NCBI GenBank assembly: GCA_013298445.1
Contig: JAAFHQ010000001.1
Location: 1-42,142, forward strand
Direction of reading: 5' to 3'
Length of the DNA stretch: 42,142 nucleotides
From: Chitinophagales bacterium
GTDB taxonomy: Bacteria; Bacteroidota; Bacteroidia; Chitinophagales; Saprospiraceae
The notes under the pieces are model-generated. The model was not told the DNA's origin. It saw nothing but the letters and a program-made list of their open reading frames with translations, and did not search any database. The position numbers and the translations under genes were made by a program. Shown piece after piece: positions 8,689 to 17,561 of the stretch (positions are counted from its first letter, which is position 1; each line of letters begins with the position of its first letter).

Positions 8689-9209
8689 TTCTTCTCAATT
8701 TCTTTGGCCAGGCGGGTGATTTTGTTCAAATCCAGGTTGCCCATAAAACTCAGGAGCACAAACTCTTCCTTGCCACCAGACAAGAGGAGAAGTTCCTGAA
8801 TGACATTGTTGGTTTCTTTGATCAAAAATTCCACATTGTCGCCATCTTTGTCGCGCACCGTCAACAATACCTCGTACTCTTTGGTGTTGATTTTGGCTTT
8901 GGCTTCTTTGTAGAACACTTCTGGCGTTTCATCAGTGGTCAAGATGCGCAGGCCCTGGAGGTCTTTGGCCATGTCCAGGATGGCTTTGGCTTCAGCGTCA
9001 TCCTCCATGTCCAGAATTTTGGAATCGATCTTACCGATCATCTGGAACAATTTGGGGCTGATGTACACTACATCAAAACGTTTGTCCTCCACATAACTGG
9101 AGAAGTACTTGTCAATGGCACTGGCGGTGGTACTCGTAGCACCTTGGGCCAGACCGTTTACAGCGGCCAACGCAATGATGGCCAGGGTAAAAAAATGCTT
9201 GATTTTCAT
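8685..9209 (-). CDS. DUF4252 domain secreted protein (copy 1)
   Basis: Signal peptide; FDVVYISPKLFQMI, LQGLRILT, YEVLLTVRDKDGDNVEFLIKE...ELLLL...FVLLSFMGNLDLNKI. Confidence 0.9.
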   Translation of the reverse strand: MKIKHFFTLAIIALAAVNGLAQGATSTTASAIDKYFSSYVEDKRFDVVYISPKLFQMIGKIDSKILDMEDDAEAKAILDMAKDLQGLRILTTDETPEVFYKEAKAKINTKEYEVLLTVRDKDGDNVEFLIKETNNVIQELLLLSGGKEEFVLLSFMGNLDLNKITRLAKEIEKK

Positions 9210-9238
9210 ATTGTTTGGTTTAAAAAGATGTCTGTTTG

Positions 9239-9300
9239 GTAGAGACGCACGGCTGTGCGTCTTGAATCAGCCGAGTAGACGCACGGCCGTGCGTCTCTAC
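9239..9300. repeat. GTAG-family REP doublet (REPIN-like)
   Basis: GTAGAGACGCACGGCTGTGCGTCT (9239-9262) and inverted copy AGACGCACGGCCGTGCGTCTCTAC (9277-9300); each has a GTAG tetranucleotide plus a GC hairpin. Confidence 0.85.
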
Positions 9301-9307
9301 AGTGCGC

Positions 9308-9829
9308 CTATTTAATCAGTTTCCCCATTTCCCCCATTTTATCAATACCCTGGGTGGCGATGGCGGTGCCTTCATTGAATTCGGTGGCTACCTTACGAAA
9401 GGCATTACGGGTAACTTTATAAGCTTCTTCCACCGTTTTGGGTTCGTATTTGGACCAGTCGATGACCTTTACCTCCGCTTCCGCTACGACGGGTTGCTCA
9501 ACCGGGTTGGAACGAACCAGCCACCACAATCCCGTAGCGACCAGCGCAAACACTGCGGCGATGCGCAAAATCCAGCTTGTTGAAAGGGTACGGATCACCG
9601 GTTTTGGCTTGCTATAGGCTTCGATAGAGGCCATTACTTTAGCATCAAAATCATCGCCCAAACTCAGTTCAGCCTCTTCGTCCAACAATTGAAACCATTC
9701 GCTGTAAGTCAAATGTTCTTCCGAAATGGGTTCCGTTTGTAACAATTGCCGCAGTTGGGCTTCTTCTTGCAGGCTGCTTTCGCCAGCGAAGTACTTGTCC
9801 AAAAGGGATTGAATCTGTTGTTGTTTCAT
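9308..9829 (-). CDS. Putative membrane anti-sigma factor
   Basis: LLDKYFAGESSLQEEAQL N-terminus typical of Bacteroidota anti-sigma domains; single TM (IAAVFALVATGLWW); immediately downstream of an ECF sigma. Confidence 0.8.
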   Translation of the reverse strand: MKQQQIQSLLDKYFAGESSLQEEAQLRQLLQTEPISEEHLTYSEWFQLLDEEAELSLGDDFDAKVMASIEAYSKPKPVIRTLSTSWILRIAAVFALVATGLWWLVRSNPVEQPVVAEAEVKVIDWSKYEPKTVEEAYKVTRNAFRKVATEFNEGTAIATQGIDKMGEMGKLIK

Positions 9830-9834
9830 GGTAT

Positions 9835-10341
9835 TTATACTTGTGGGGTTCTACTACTTAAAATACTTTTCATCGTTTGCCTTGCACGGAACAGGTTGAT
9901 TTTCACCTGAGCCAGTGGAATATCCAAAGCTTCGGCCACTTCCTGGTAACTCATGCCTTCCACATCGCGCAATTGCATGACCAGTCGCTGGTTCTCTGGC
10001 AGGCGTTCCATGAGTTTTTGCAATTTGTTCATGGTATCTGCCGATTCGGTGCGTGCATCGGGCAAGGGGGTTGAGTCGGCCCAATCCAGGCCATCCTTCC
10101 ATTCCTTGTGCCCATTTTTGCTGCCGCGCAGGCGATCAATGCACTGATTTTTGGTCAGGCGAATCACCCAGGCTTCCAGGTTTTGCACCTCCGCCAAACG
10201 ATCCTGTTGCTGCCAGAGTTTGATCAGGGCTTCCTGGACCAAATCCTCAGCCTCTTCGCGCTTGTTCAACAAGCGCAAAGCCAGGCGGAACATTTTGTCC
10301 TTGTATGGCAGGATGGTATTTTTAAAATCAGTCGGGTTCAT
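9835..10341 (-). CDS. ECF RNA polymerase sigma-70 factor
   Basis: Region 2 AEDLVQEALIKLW; region 4 LRDVEGMSYQEVAEALDIPLAQVKINLFRAR. Start refined to ATG 10341. Confidence 0.93.
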   Translation of the reverse strand: MNPTDFKNTILPYKDKMFRLALRLLNKREEAEDLVQEALIKLWQQQDRLAEVQNLEAWVIRLTKNQCIDRLRGSKNGHKEWKDGLDWADSTPLPDARTESADTMNKLQKLMERLPENQRLVMQLRDVEGMSYQEVAEALDIPLAQVKINLFRARQTMKSILSSRTPQV

Positions 10342-10366
10342 AGCTGCTTGGCGTAAACATAGGGAA

Positions 10367-10392
10367 GACGACGTGGAAAAAATAAAGTTACA
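10367..10392 (-). promoter_or_regulatory. ECF-type promoter TGTAAC-N16-CGTC (probably autoregulatory)
   Basis: Minus strand reads tgtaac tttattttttccacgt cgtc, ending 25 nt before the sigma ATG; matches the canonical ECF AAC/CGT architecture. Confidence 0.65.
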
Positions 10393-10479
10393 GAATGCTG
10401 ATTTTTTTTTGAAAAAACTTCTCACCACAATAGCGCAAGATTATGAGTTGTTCTTTGTTTTGCAAAATGGTGCATACTT

Positions 10480-10581
10480 GAGCTTTTCGAAAGTCTAAAA
10501 CTTTCGAAAAGGGCCTCTAAATGGTGCTTAAATCTCAAGTTTAGGCTGCCTTTTCGAAAGTTTTAGACTTTCGAAAAGCTC
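10480..10581. repeat. Inverted doublet of self-palindromic 33-bp units (CTTTTCGAAAG-type REP-like)
   Basis: gagcttttcgaaagtctaaaactttcgaaaagg (10480-10512) and its exact reverse complement ccttttcgaaagttttagactttcgaaaagctc (10549-10581). Confidence 0.88.
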
Positions 10582-10707
10582 TTTATCGCAAGATGTTCAA
10601 GGAGAAACCACTCCTTTTGGAAAAAACCATTTGCAAGTGCAGCGTTTTTCATTGAAATTGCATCGTATTTGTGAGTGTTTACTTTTAAGTTTCGAAACGT
10701 GTAGGGG

Positions 10708-12333
10708 ATGAGTATTTTAAGCAAATTGCCCAGATTAAAAAGGATCGACGAGTTGGTGATCACCAGCTTTATCCCTCCATTTTTAGTGGCTTTTTCGGTT
10801 TCTTTGTTTGTGTTGTTGATGCAAATGTTGTGGATTTACATCGACGATCTGGCTGGAAAAGGTTTGGGCTTTTTTACAGTTATTGAATTGTTGTCCTACC
10901 GAGCGGTGAGTTTTGTGCCTATGGCTTTGCCCTTGGGGATTCTGCTTTCTTCGGTCATGTTGATGGGGAATTATGCAGAGCACTACGAGCTTTCCAGTAT
11001 GAAATCTGCGGGCATGTCTTTGGTGCGCATCATGCGGCCGCTGTTGGTTTTTGCCCTTTTTGCGGTAGCCTTTTCCTGGTATTGTTCCGATTATATGATT
11101 CCTGCCGCCAACCTCAAGTTTGGTTCGCGGATGTGGGACATTCAACAAACCAAACCGGCTTTGCGTCTGGATGTAGGTGTATTCAACGATGACTTTCAGG
11201 GTTTCACCATTCACATCGGCAAAAAGATGGGGGATGGTCGCAGCATCAAAGATGTGATCATTTACGACCATACCGAATCGAACTCTGGCAAATACACGGT
11301 GATTACGGCCAAGGATGGTGAAATGTTTAGTGCCGAAGGCGGGAATATTTTTGTGATGCGGCTGCGCAATGGCACCCAATGTATTGAATCCAGAGGCTAT
11401 CAGGCCAGCAGCCAAAGCAAGTACCCCTTTATCCGCACGGGTTTTAAACAATTCACCAAAGTTTTTGACCTGAGTGAGTTTTCGCTGAGCCGCACCAACG
11501 AGGAATTGTTCAAACAAAGCCGCCAAACCATGGACTCCCGTGCCCTGAAGGCGGCAGCCGACTCCATGGCCCTCGACATCCATAAGCGCACTGTGGTAGC
11601 CGGTAATTATGTGGCCAATTATGTATCTATTTTTAAAGTAGACAGTACTTACCTGCGGGAAGAGCTCAAAAAAGCCAATACCCGGGCAACCGATCAAGCC
11701 AGTAATTCCGGTTCCGGCCCTACCCCACTCAATGTTTCGACACCAATCGAATCCACTTTCGATTCTACCCATAGCATCAGCATTGGGGTTGCTCGCTCCA
11801 CCATTTTGAAAAGGGTCAAACCAATTGGCGTAGTGACCAAATTTGCCGATACCTTTAGTGATGCTGACAAGACCACGCTGCGGGGTCGCGCTGAATCCTC
11901 TGCCCGGGGGATTCAAAACCAAACCTTCAGCACCACTGCTTCTTTGGATGCCACCAAAGAAAATCGGGTCAAGTTCATTTACGATTGGCAAATGAAATAC
12001 AGCATCGCTGCGGTTTGTTTTATCTTTATGTTCATTGGTGCGCCCATGGGAGCCATTGTACGCAAGGGTGGATTTGGGTATCCCCTTCTGGTCTCGATTG
12101 TATTTTTTATGCTTTTTGTGATCCTGACTATCTTCTGCCGCAAGATTGCAGAAACTTTTGTTGTATCAGCCTATTTGGCCGCATGGATACCTTGTATTAT
12201 TTTGATGCCATTGGGTGCCTGGCTGACCTATAAAGCCATGAATGATCAGCCCTTAAATCTGTTTGAGGGCTTGCGTTATTTTTTGCAAAACCTTTTGAAA
12301 CGATTCAGAAATGCCAAAGCTGTTCAAGGATAA
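10708..12333 (+). CDS. LptF/LptG family LPS export permease
   Basis: FIPPF...LLMQMLWIYIDDLAGKGL, PMALPLGILLSS, ELSSMKSAGMSL, IGAPMGAIVRKGGFG; three TMs, periplasmic domain, three TMs. Confidence 0.92.
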   Translation: MSILSKLPRLKRIDELVITSFIPPFLVAFSVSLFVLLMQMLWIYIDDLAGKGLGFFTVIELLSYRAVSFVPMALPLGILLSSVMLMGNYAEHYELSSMKSAGMSLVRIMRPLLVFALFAVAFSWYCSDYMIPAANLKFGSRMWDIQQTKPALRLDVGVFNDDFQGFTIHIGKKMGDGRSIKDVIIYDHTESNSGKYTVITAKDGEMFSAEGGNIFVMRLRNGTQCIESRGYQASSQSKYPFIRTGFKQFTKVFDLSEFSLSRTNEELFKQSRQTMDSRALKAAADSMALDIHKRTVVAGNYVANYVSIFKVDSTYLREELKKANTRATDQASNSGSGPTPLNVSTPIESTFDSTHSISIGVARSTILKRVKPIGVVTKFADTFSDADKTTLRGRAESSARGIQNQTFSTTASLDATKENRVKFIYDWQMKYSIAAVCFIFMFIGAPMGAIVRKGGFGYPLLVSIVFFMLFVILTIFCRKIAETFVVSAYLAAWIPCIILMPLGAWLTYKAMNDQPLNLFEGLRYFLQNLLKRFRNAKAVQG

Positions 12334-12943
12334 TCCTTGGTTTTTTATGGCCTTTGCCCTTTTCCTGGTGGGCGGTGTTCCATTTTTAGCTGCTGATCAA
12401 GGTGCTTTGTTGATTCAAGTGAATGATCATCGAAGTCCTGGGGCAGACTTGTTTTTTCGTTGGTTTACCAAAGTTGGTGAAGGTTATGGTTATCTGGTCG
12501 TGTTCCTGATTTTATTGGTGTACAAACGCCGAGCAGCCTGGGGCGTTCCTCTTCTTGGAATAGCAGTTTCATTGGTAGCCTGGATAGGCAAAATCTTGTT
12601 TCAACATCCTCGTCCGTATTTGTATTTTGAACAACAAGGGCTATTGGCTCAGTTGGAACTGATTCCAGGCGTAAAAGTGCACAAAGGACTAACCAGCTTT
12701 CCTTCCGGCCACACCATGGCTGCTTTTGCCTTGTTTTCTTTTTTGGCTTTTTGTTTTCCCCGAAAGCCATGGTTGAGTGTCATCTGTTTTTGCATTGCTT
12801 CACTGGTGGGCCTTTCAAGAATGTATCTCGTTCAGCATTTTTTTGAGGATGTATATTTAGGGGCTTTGTTGGGGCTTGGACTGGGGATACTGGCCTATTA
12901 CATCCTGAATAAAATGGAGCAAAAATTATTGCAAAAAGTCTAA
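12311..12943 (+). CDS. PAP2 family membrane phosphatase
   Basis: KILFQHPRP, SFPSGHT and SRMYLVQHFFEDV are the three PAP2 motifs. Confidence 0.92.
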   Translation: MPKLFKDNPWFFMAFALFLVGGVPFLAADQGALLIQVNDHRSPGADLFFRWFTKVGEGYGYLVVFLILLVYKRRAAWGVPLLGIAVSLVAWIGKILFQHPRPYLYFEQQGLLAQLELIPGVKVHKGLTSFPSGHTMAAFALFSFLAFCFPRKPWLSVICFCIASLVGLSRMYLVQHFFEDVYLGALLGLGLGILAYYILNKMEQKLLQKV

Positions 12944-13004
12944 AAGCATGTTTAAACTTTTTTATCTTCCCTTTTAATTCTTCATTTCCTAAACCAAATC
13001 CTGT

Positions 13005-13589
13005 TTGCAGACGCCTCCGAACAACGACCGGGAATTTTTTGACTTGTTGCCCACAGATGCTGAAAAAGCATTTGAATGGTTGTTCCGCAGGTACTTTAGC
13101 GAATTGTGTCAAGTGGTTTATCGGGTAGCCCATGATGAACATTTGGCCCAAGATTTGGTGCAAGAGGTTTTGTATGAACTGTGGCGTAAACGGGACAAAC
13201 TGACTATTTCTAGCTCATTGCGAGCCTACCTCAAGCGCGCAGTGCTCAATCGTACCCTCAACCATTTGCGGGATAACCGCCATTGGACTTCTGAAGAGCG
13301 AATGCCCGAAATCGCTGTTGAAGAAAGTGACCCTGTAGACATGCTACGTAGTGAAGAACTGCAAGAATTGGTAGATGCCGCTATCGACGAACTGCCAGAA
13401 AAATGCCGGATGGTGTTTGTCCTGAGCCGTTATGAAGAATTATCGTATCGAGACATTGCCACTGAATTGGGCATTGCGGAAAAAACGGTAGAGAACCAGG
13501 TGTCAAAAGCACTTAAATACCTTCGTCAGCGACTACTCCCGTATTTAAAAAGTGGAATACTTTTGTTCACCTTTTGGATGGGAAGCTAA
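13005..13589 (+). CDS. ECF sigma-70 factor (Bacteroidota expansion family, FecI-like)
   Basis: AQDLVQEVLYELW, YLKRAVLNRTLNHLR, LPEKCRMVFVLSRYEELSYRDIA...KTVENQVSKALKYLR. TTG start uncertain. Confidence 0.93.
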   Translation: MQTPPNNDREFFDLLPTDAEKAFEWLFRRYFSELCQVVYRVAHDEHLAQDLVQEVLYELWRKRDKLTISSSLRAYLKRAVLNRTLNHLRDNRHWTSEERMPEIAVEESDPVDMLRSEELQELVDAAIDELPEKCRMVFVLSRYEELSYRDIATELGIAEKTVENQVSKALKYLRQRLLPYLKSGILLFTFWMGS

Positions 13590-13651
13590 AAATCTCGTTG
13601 CGTTTGTCTGCTAAACGGCATAATTGAAGGGAAAAACGCTGTGTGGATATA

Positions 13652-13675
13652 GGGGTATCTGATTTACTTTGTGTC
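13652..13675 (+). promoter_or_regulatory. Putative ECF promoter GGGGTA-N12-TGTGTC upstream of fecR
   Basis: Same bipartite motif with the same spacing recurs at 18566-18589. Confidence 0.55.
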
Positions 13676-13720
13676 TAAAGGAAAACAAACAGTACTGGAC
13701 CCCACACAATATTCAGGCCA

Positions 13721-14728
13721 ATGGAAAAAAAGATTCGGATTTTAGCTCAACAGTGGAAAAATGGGGATGTAGATTCCGCCAAGCGTTCAGACGCTGGATC
13801 GGACGATGCTGCTCTGAATAAAGAATTGGAGACCATTTGGCAAAAAGCAGGCAATTACAAATCAACATCTTTTGGGCCGGACGTGGAGGCCAATTGGAAA
13901 AAGTTCCAGGCCAAAATTCAAGAAGACAACAACGATAGTTTAGAAAATTTTCCCGTTCGTCGCTTAATTCCTCGCGCTTGGTTGGTCGCAGCTTCGATTG
14001 CTGCACTATTGGTTATTGGCTGGTGGATAGCTAACTCCAATGCTGACGCCCGTGGATTTAAGTCTTTAGCTACCAATAAACGAGAAATCAAAAAAGTGGA
14101 ATTGCCTGATCACTCAGTGGTTTGGCTGAGCAACAATAGTGAGTTGAGTTTTGATCCCAAATTAAATCAAAGCAAAGTTCGCAGCGTAAAACTCCGTGGT
14201 GAAGCATACTTCGAAGTACAGGCCAATCCACAAAAGCCATTTCGCATCGAAACACCGCATGGTTTAATTGAAGTACTGGGGACTAGCTTCAATGTACGCG
14301 CCTTAAAAACAGAACCACATACGGAAGTTCAGGTGATGTCTGGTCGGGTTGCTTTAATGGGCAAGGGTAAAAATGATCAAAGGATTGAAATCCCTGCCAA
14401 TTTTATAGGCTATTTCCCCTCGACTGAAAAACAAGCCAGTAAACCATCCAGTAATAAAAAGATTTTTACTTCGACCCAAGTCTGGAGAACCCGTAAGATA
14501 GAATTATCAGGTCGCACTTTAGGCGAAGCGCAGGAAATCCTGCGCCGGTATTCTGATTTTCGTCTCGAATTCTCTGATCCCCAGATTGCTGATTGCATTT
14601 TCACCTGGACTTTTGACTTGGACAATCCTGAATCCAGTTTAAAATTGTTGGCTAAAACAGGATATTTCCATTTAGAGAAAACAAGTTCTACGGTTTTCCG
14701 TTTGGAAGGTAAGTCTTGTCCTAAATAA
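13721..14728 (+). CDS. FecR family anti-sigma factor
   Basis: TM AASIAALLVIGWWI; LPDHSVVWLSNNSEL, LRGEAYFEV, VLGTSFNV, VMSGRV are FecR motifs. Confidence 0.93.
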   Translation: MEKKIRILAQQWKNGDVDSAKRSDAGSDDAALNKELETIWQKAGNYKSTSFGPDVEANWKKFQAKIQEDNNDSLENFPVRRLIPRAWLVAASIAALLVIGWWIANSNADARGFKSLATNKREIKKVELPDHSVVWLSNNSELSFDPKLNQSKVRSVKLRGEAYFEVQANPQKPFRIETPHGLIEVLGTSFNVRALKTEPHTEVQVMSGRVALMGKGKNDQRIEIPANFIGYFPSTEKQASKPSSNKKIFTSTQVWRTRKIELSGRTLGEAQEILRRYSDFRLEFSDPQIADCIFTWTFDLDNPESSLKLLAKTGYFHLEKTSSTVFRLEGKSCPK

Positions 14729-14803
14729 ACTTAGGCTAAAGCTAGCTTCATCAACACAGAGCGGTTGTGCTCATTCGCCTCTCGCTTTGCAGAAATCAGC
14801 AGT

Positions 14804-17479
14804 ATGAAGGGAAAACTTCTACCCAAGCTGATAATCTTTTGTTTCTTCCTGGTTTCGGCCTTGCAGGCACAAGAAACCCTTGACCGCGTCGTTTCGGTTA
14901 CTTTTGAAGACCAATCGCCCGCAAAAGCCCTTCAACATTTGCGTAAATCTTTTGACCTAAATATCGTTTTTGCCGACAGCCAATTGCCAAAACGCAACAA
15001 CTTCCCCCTTAGTTTCAAACGTCAAAGCATTCGAAGCATCCTCAATTCTATTTTGGCCAATACTGGCCTCGCTTTCCATTCCGAACCAGAAGGGATCATC
15101 ATTACCAGGGTTATGCTTACCCCAAAAATCCGTTCGCGGTATACCATTCAAGGGATTGTAGAAATCGGGGGGAGCGCGGAAACTTTGATTGGCACCAATA
15201 TTTTCGCCATCAACCACAATGAAGGGACTCACTCCAACGAGCAAGGTGTATTTAGCCTGACCCTTCCCCAAGGGCGTACCCGCATCAGCGTTTCCTACAT
15301 TGGATTTCATACCGATACGTTTAGCATCAATTTACAACAAGATACCTTTCTCCGGATTTACCTGCATCGGAAAAGTCAACAAATCGAAGGAGTAGTCATT
15401 CCTGCTGCAATGCAAGGCGATGGTATGAATATCGGAAAATATAGTTTTGATCTGGAGCAGTTGCAACGGATGCCAAAAATTGGAGGAGAAACCGACCTGA
15501 TTCGTGCGGTGCAAATGCTTCCCGGGGTTCAAACCGGGCCAGATGGTGTAGGAGGTGTATTCATCCGTGGTGGAGAAGCGGGCCACAACCTCGTGATTAT
15601 TGACGATGTGCCGGTTTATAATTTTAACCATGCGGTTGGGGTATTGTCCGTTTTTAATACCAGCATTGTTAAATCAGCCGAATTGCTTAAAGGTGCCTTT
15701 CCTGCACGTTACGCCGGGCGGCTTTCATCAGTATTGGATGTACGGATGCGCGATGGGAACAAAGAATTCTGGACTGCAAGTGGAGAACTGGGGCTGATAT
15801 CGGGTCGTTTGACCGTGGAGGGGCCTATTGTCAAAAACAAAAGTTCTTTATTGATAGCTGGTCGCGCCTCTTTGCTGAATTGGATGCTCAAACCCTACTC
15901 GGAACATTACAAATCTCGCAAAGGCGAAAAAGGCCAAAGCAGTTATAACTTTTACGATTTTAATGCCAAATTCAACATAGAACTTTCCGCAAAAGATCGC
16001 CTTTTTTTCAGTTTCTATCGTGGCCAAGATCATTTTGGCAATACAGGAGACTCCCAGGATACCCTTTCTCTTTTGGTTGATGACCGTTTCGAAATTTATC
16101 GTTTCCGGAAAGTTTACCACGAGAAATTGTATTGGACCAACACGGGGAGTTCCTTGCGCTGGAGCCATATCTTAGGGAAAAAACTTTTTTCCAATACAAC
16201 TTTTACCTTTAGTGAGCTAAATGTCAACATTGCCACTGCCTCAAGTGACACCGTGAATGTATTTTCAGCTGCTGCTCCTAAAATCCACTTTGATGCTGAT
16301 TATGGCCGTTATTTGTCCAGTATTCGTGATTTTGGCGCCCGCAGTGATTTTCATTGGGACATAGCCCCCGGAAATAAGGTACGCTTTGGCCTACGGGTGC
16401 AACACAATCATTTTGTACCTGGCATTCAAGAGTACGATGACGATTTTCAGGAATACATTTCACCAGATGGAAAAATTAGCCGAAGAGTACGTACCACGGG
16501 CTGGGCATTTTACCTGGAAAATGAAAGGCGGATGTTGTCTCGGCGTTTGTACCTCAATTATGGTTTAAACTGGTCGGGATGGAATGTGGATCAGCGGAAT
16601 TACTCTACCCTTGAGCCTCGTTTAGCCCTATCCTATCTTTTGAGTGACTCAACTTATCTTGAGGCCTCCGTCAGCAGAATGAGCCAGTTTTTGCACCTTT
16701 TGTCTGGCACCAATGTGGGCTTGCCTACCGACTTGTGGGTTCCTTCTACTGGTAAAATTGGGCCGGAACTGGCCTGGCAATACACCCTGGGTTTTCGAAA
16801 AAACCTGAACTTTGGCTGGAATATTGCCCTTGAAGGTTATTACAAAGAAATGAAAAACCTGGTCAATTATTCGGAAGGTGCGGATTTTCTGGATGATTGG
16901 GAACAAAACATCACCATTGGATCAGGCCGAGCTTTTGGCATGGATTTTATGTTGCGCAAAAACAATCGAATCATCGATGCTTACATTGCTTACTCCTTGG
17001 GGCGTACGGATCGGGTTTTCCCAAAAATCAATCTCGGCGAACGTTACCCTTTCAAGTATGATCATCGACACGATTTGAAAATTTGGAGCGATTTTCGTTT
17101 TTCTTCTACAATTGACCTTTCTGCTTCCTGGACTTTCAGCTCTGGGTTGGCCACCAATATACCTCTTGAGGCTTTTACTGTTGAAATCCCAGGTGTACCT
17201 CCCGTAACTGTAATTAATTATGGCCCCAAAAACAGCAGGCGATTACCCGCTTATCATCGTTTTGATCTTGGCCTGAATTTCCATTTCACTTCTCCAAAAG
17301 GAACTGAGCACAAATTCCAAATTGGTGCTTACAATGTCTATAGTCGTCGCAATCCATTGTACTATCAACTGCGTACTGTATTTGTAGCGGAGAATGGCGT
17401 TTTGAAAAAAGATTCTGAGCTGGTTGGGGTACACCTCCTACCTTTTTTACCCTCAATTAACTATTCTATAAAATTTTAG
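14804..17479 (+). CDS. TonB-dependent receptor with N-terminal STN signalling and CarboxypepD-like domains
   Basis: Start refined to ATG 14804. Plug motifs GETDLIRAVQMLPGV, IRGG...NLVIIDDVPVYN, KGAFPARYAGRLSSVLD; C-terminal YSIKF. Confidence 0.93.
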   Translation: MKGKLLPKLIIFCFFLVSALQAQETLDRVVSVTFEDQSPAKALQHLRKSFDLNIVFADSQLPKRNNFPLSFKRQSIRSILNSILANTGLAFHSEPEGIIITRVMLTPKIRSRYTIQGIVEIGGSAETLIGTNIFAINHNEGTHSNEQGVFSLTLPQGRTRISVSYIGFHTDTFSINLQQDTFLRIYLHRKSQQIEGVVIPAAMQGDGMNIGKYSFDLEQLQRMPKIGGETDLIRAVQMLPGVQTGPDGVGGVFIRGGEAGHNLVIIDDVPVYNFNHAVGVLSVFNTSIVKSAELLKGAFPARYAGRLSSVLDVRMRDGNKEFWTASGELGLISGRLTVEGPIVKNKSSLLIAGRASLLNWMLKPYSEHYKSRKGEKGQSSYNFYDFNAKFNIELSAKDRLFFSFYRGQDHFGNTGDSQDTLSLLVDDRFEIYRFRKVYHEKLYWTNTGSSLRWSHILGKKLFSNTTFTFSELNVNIATASSDTVNVFSAAAPKIHFDADYGRYLSSIRDFGARSDFHWDIAPGNKVRFGLRVQHNHFVPGIQEYDDDFQEYISPDGKISRRVRTTGWAFYLENERRMLSRRLYLNYGLNWSGWNVDQRNYSTLEPRLALSYLLSDSTYLEASVSRMSQFLHLLSGTNVGLPTDLWVPSTGKIGPELAWQYTLGFRKNLNFGWNIALEGYYKEMKNLVNYSEGADFLDDWEQNITIGSGRAFGMDFMLRKNNRIIDAYIAYSLGRTDRVFPKINLGERYPFKYDHRHDLKIWSDFRFSSTIDLSASWTFSSGLATNIPLEAFTVEIPGVPPVTVINYGPKNSRRLPAYHRFDLGLNFHFTSPKGTEHKFQIGAYNVYSRRNPLYYQLRTVFVAENGVLKKDSELVGVHLLPFLPSINYSIKF

Positions 17480-17561
17480 TTAATTTTGTCTAGTTTATTA
17501 CAAAAAAGGCCAACCATAGCGTCTTTTTTACCGTCATTTCAGCATACAACAATGGTATAAT

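Noticed and set aside
9835-10428. Longer sigma start at 10428
   Set aside because: The extension would cover the predicted ECF promoter; ATG 10341 fits region 2 spacing.
10783-11991. 402-aa antisense ORF opposite lptF/G (also 5139-5807, 6412-7128, 29967-30707, 30928-31560)
   Set aside because: Shadow ORFs fully antisense to well-supported genes, with no recognisable motifs.
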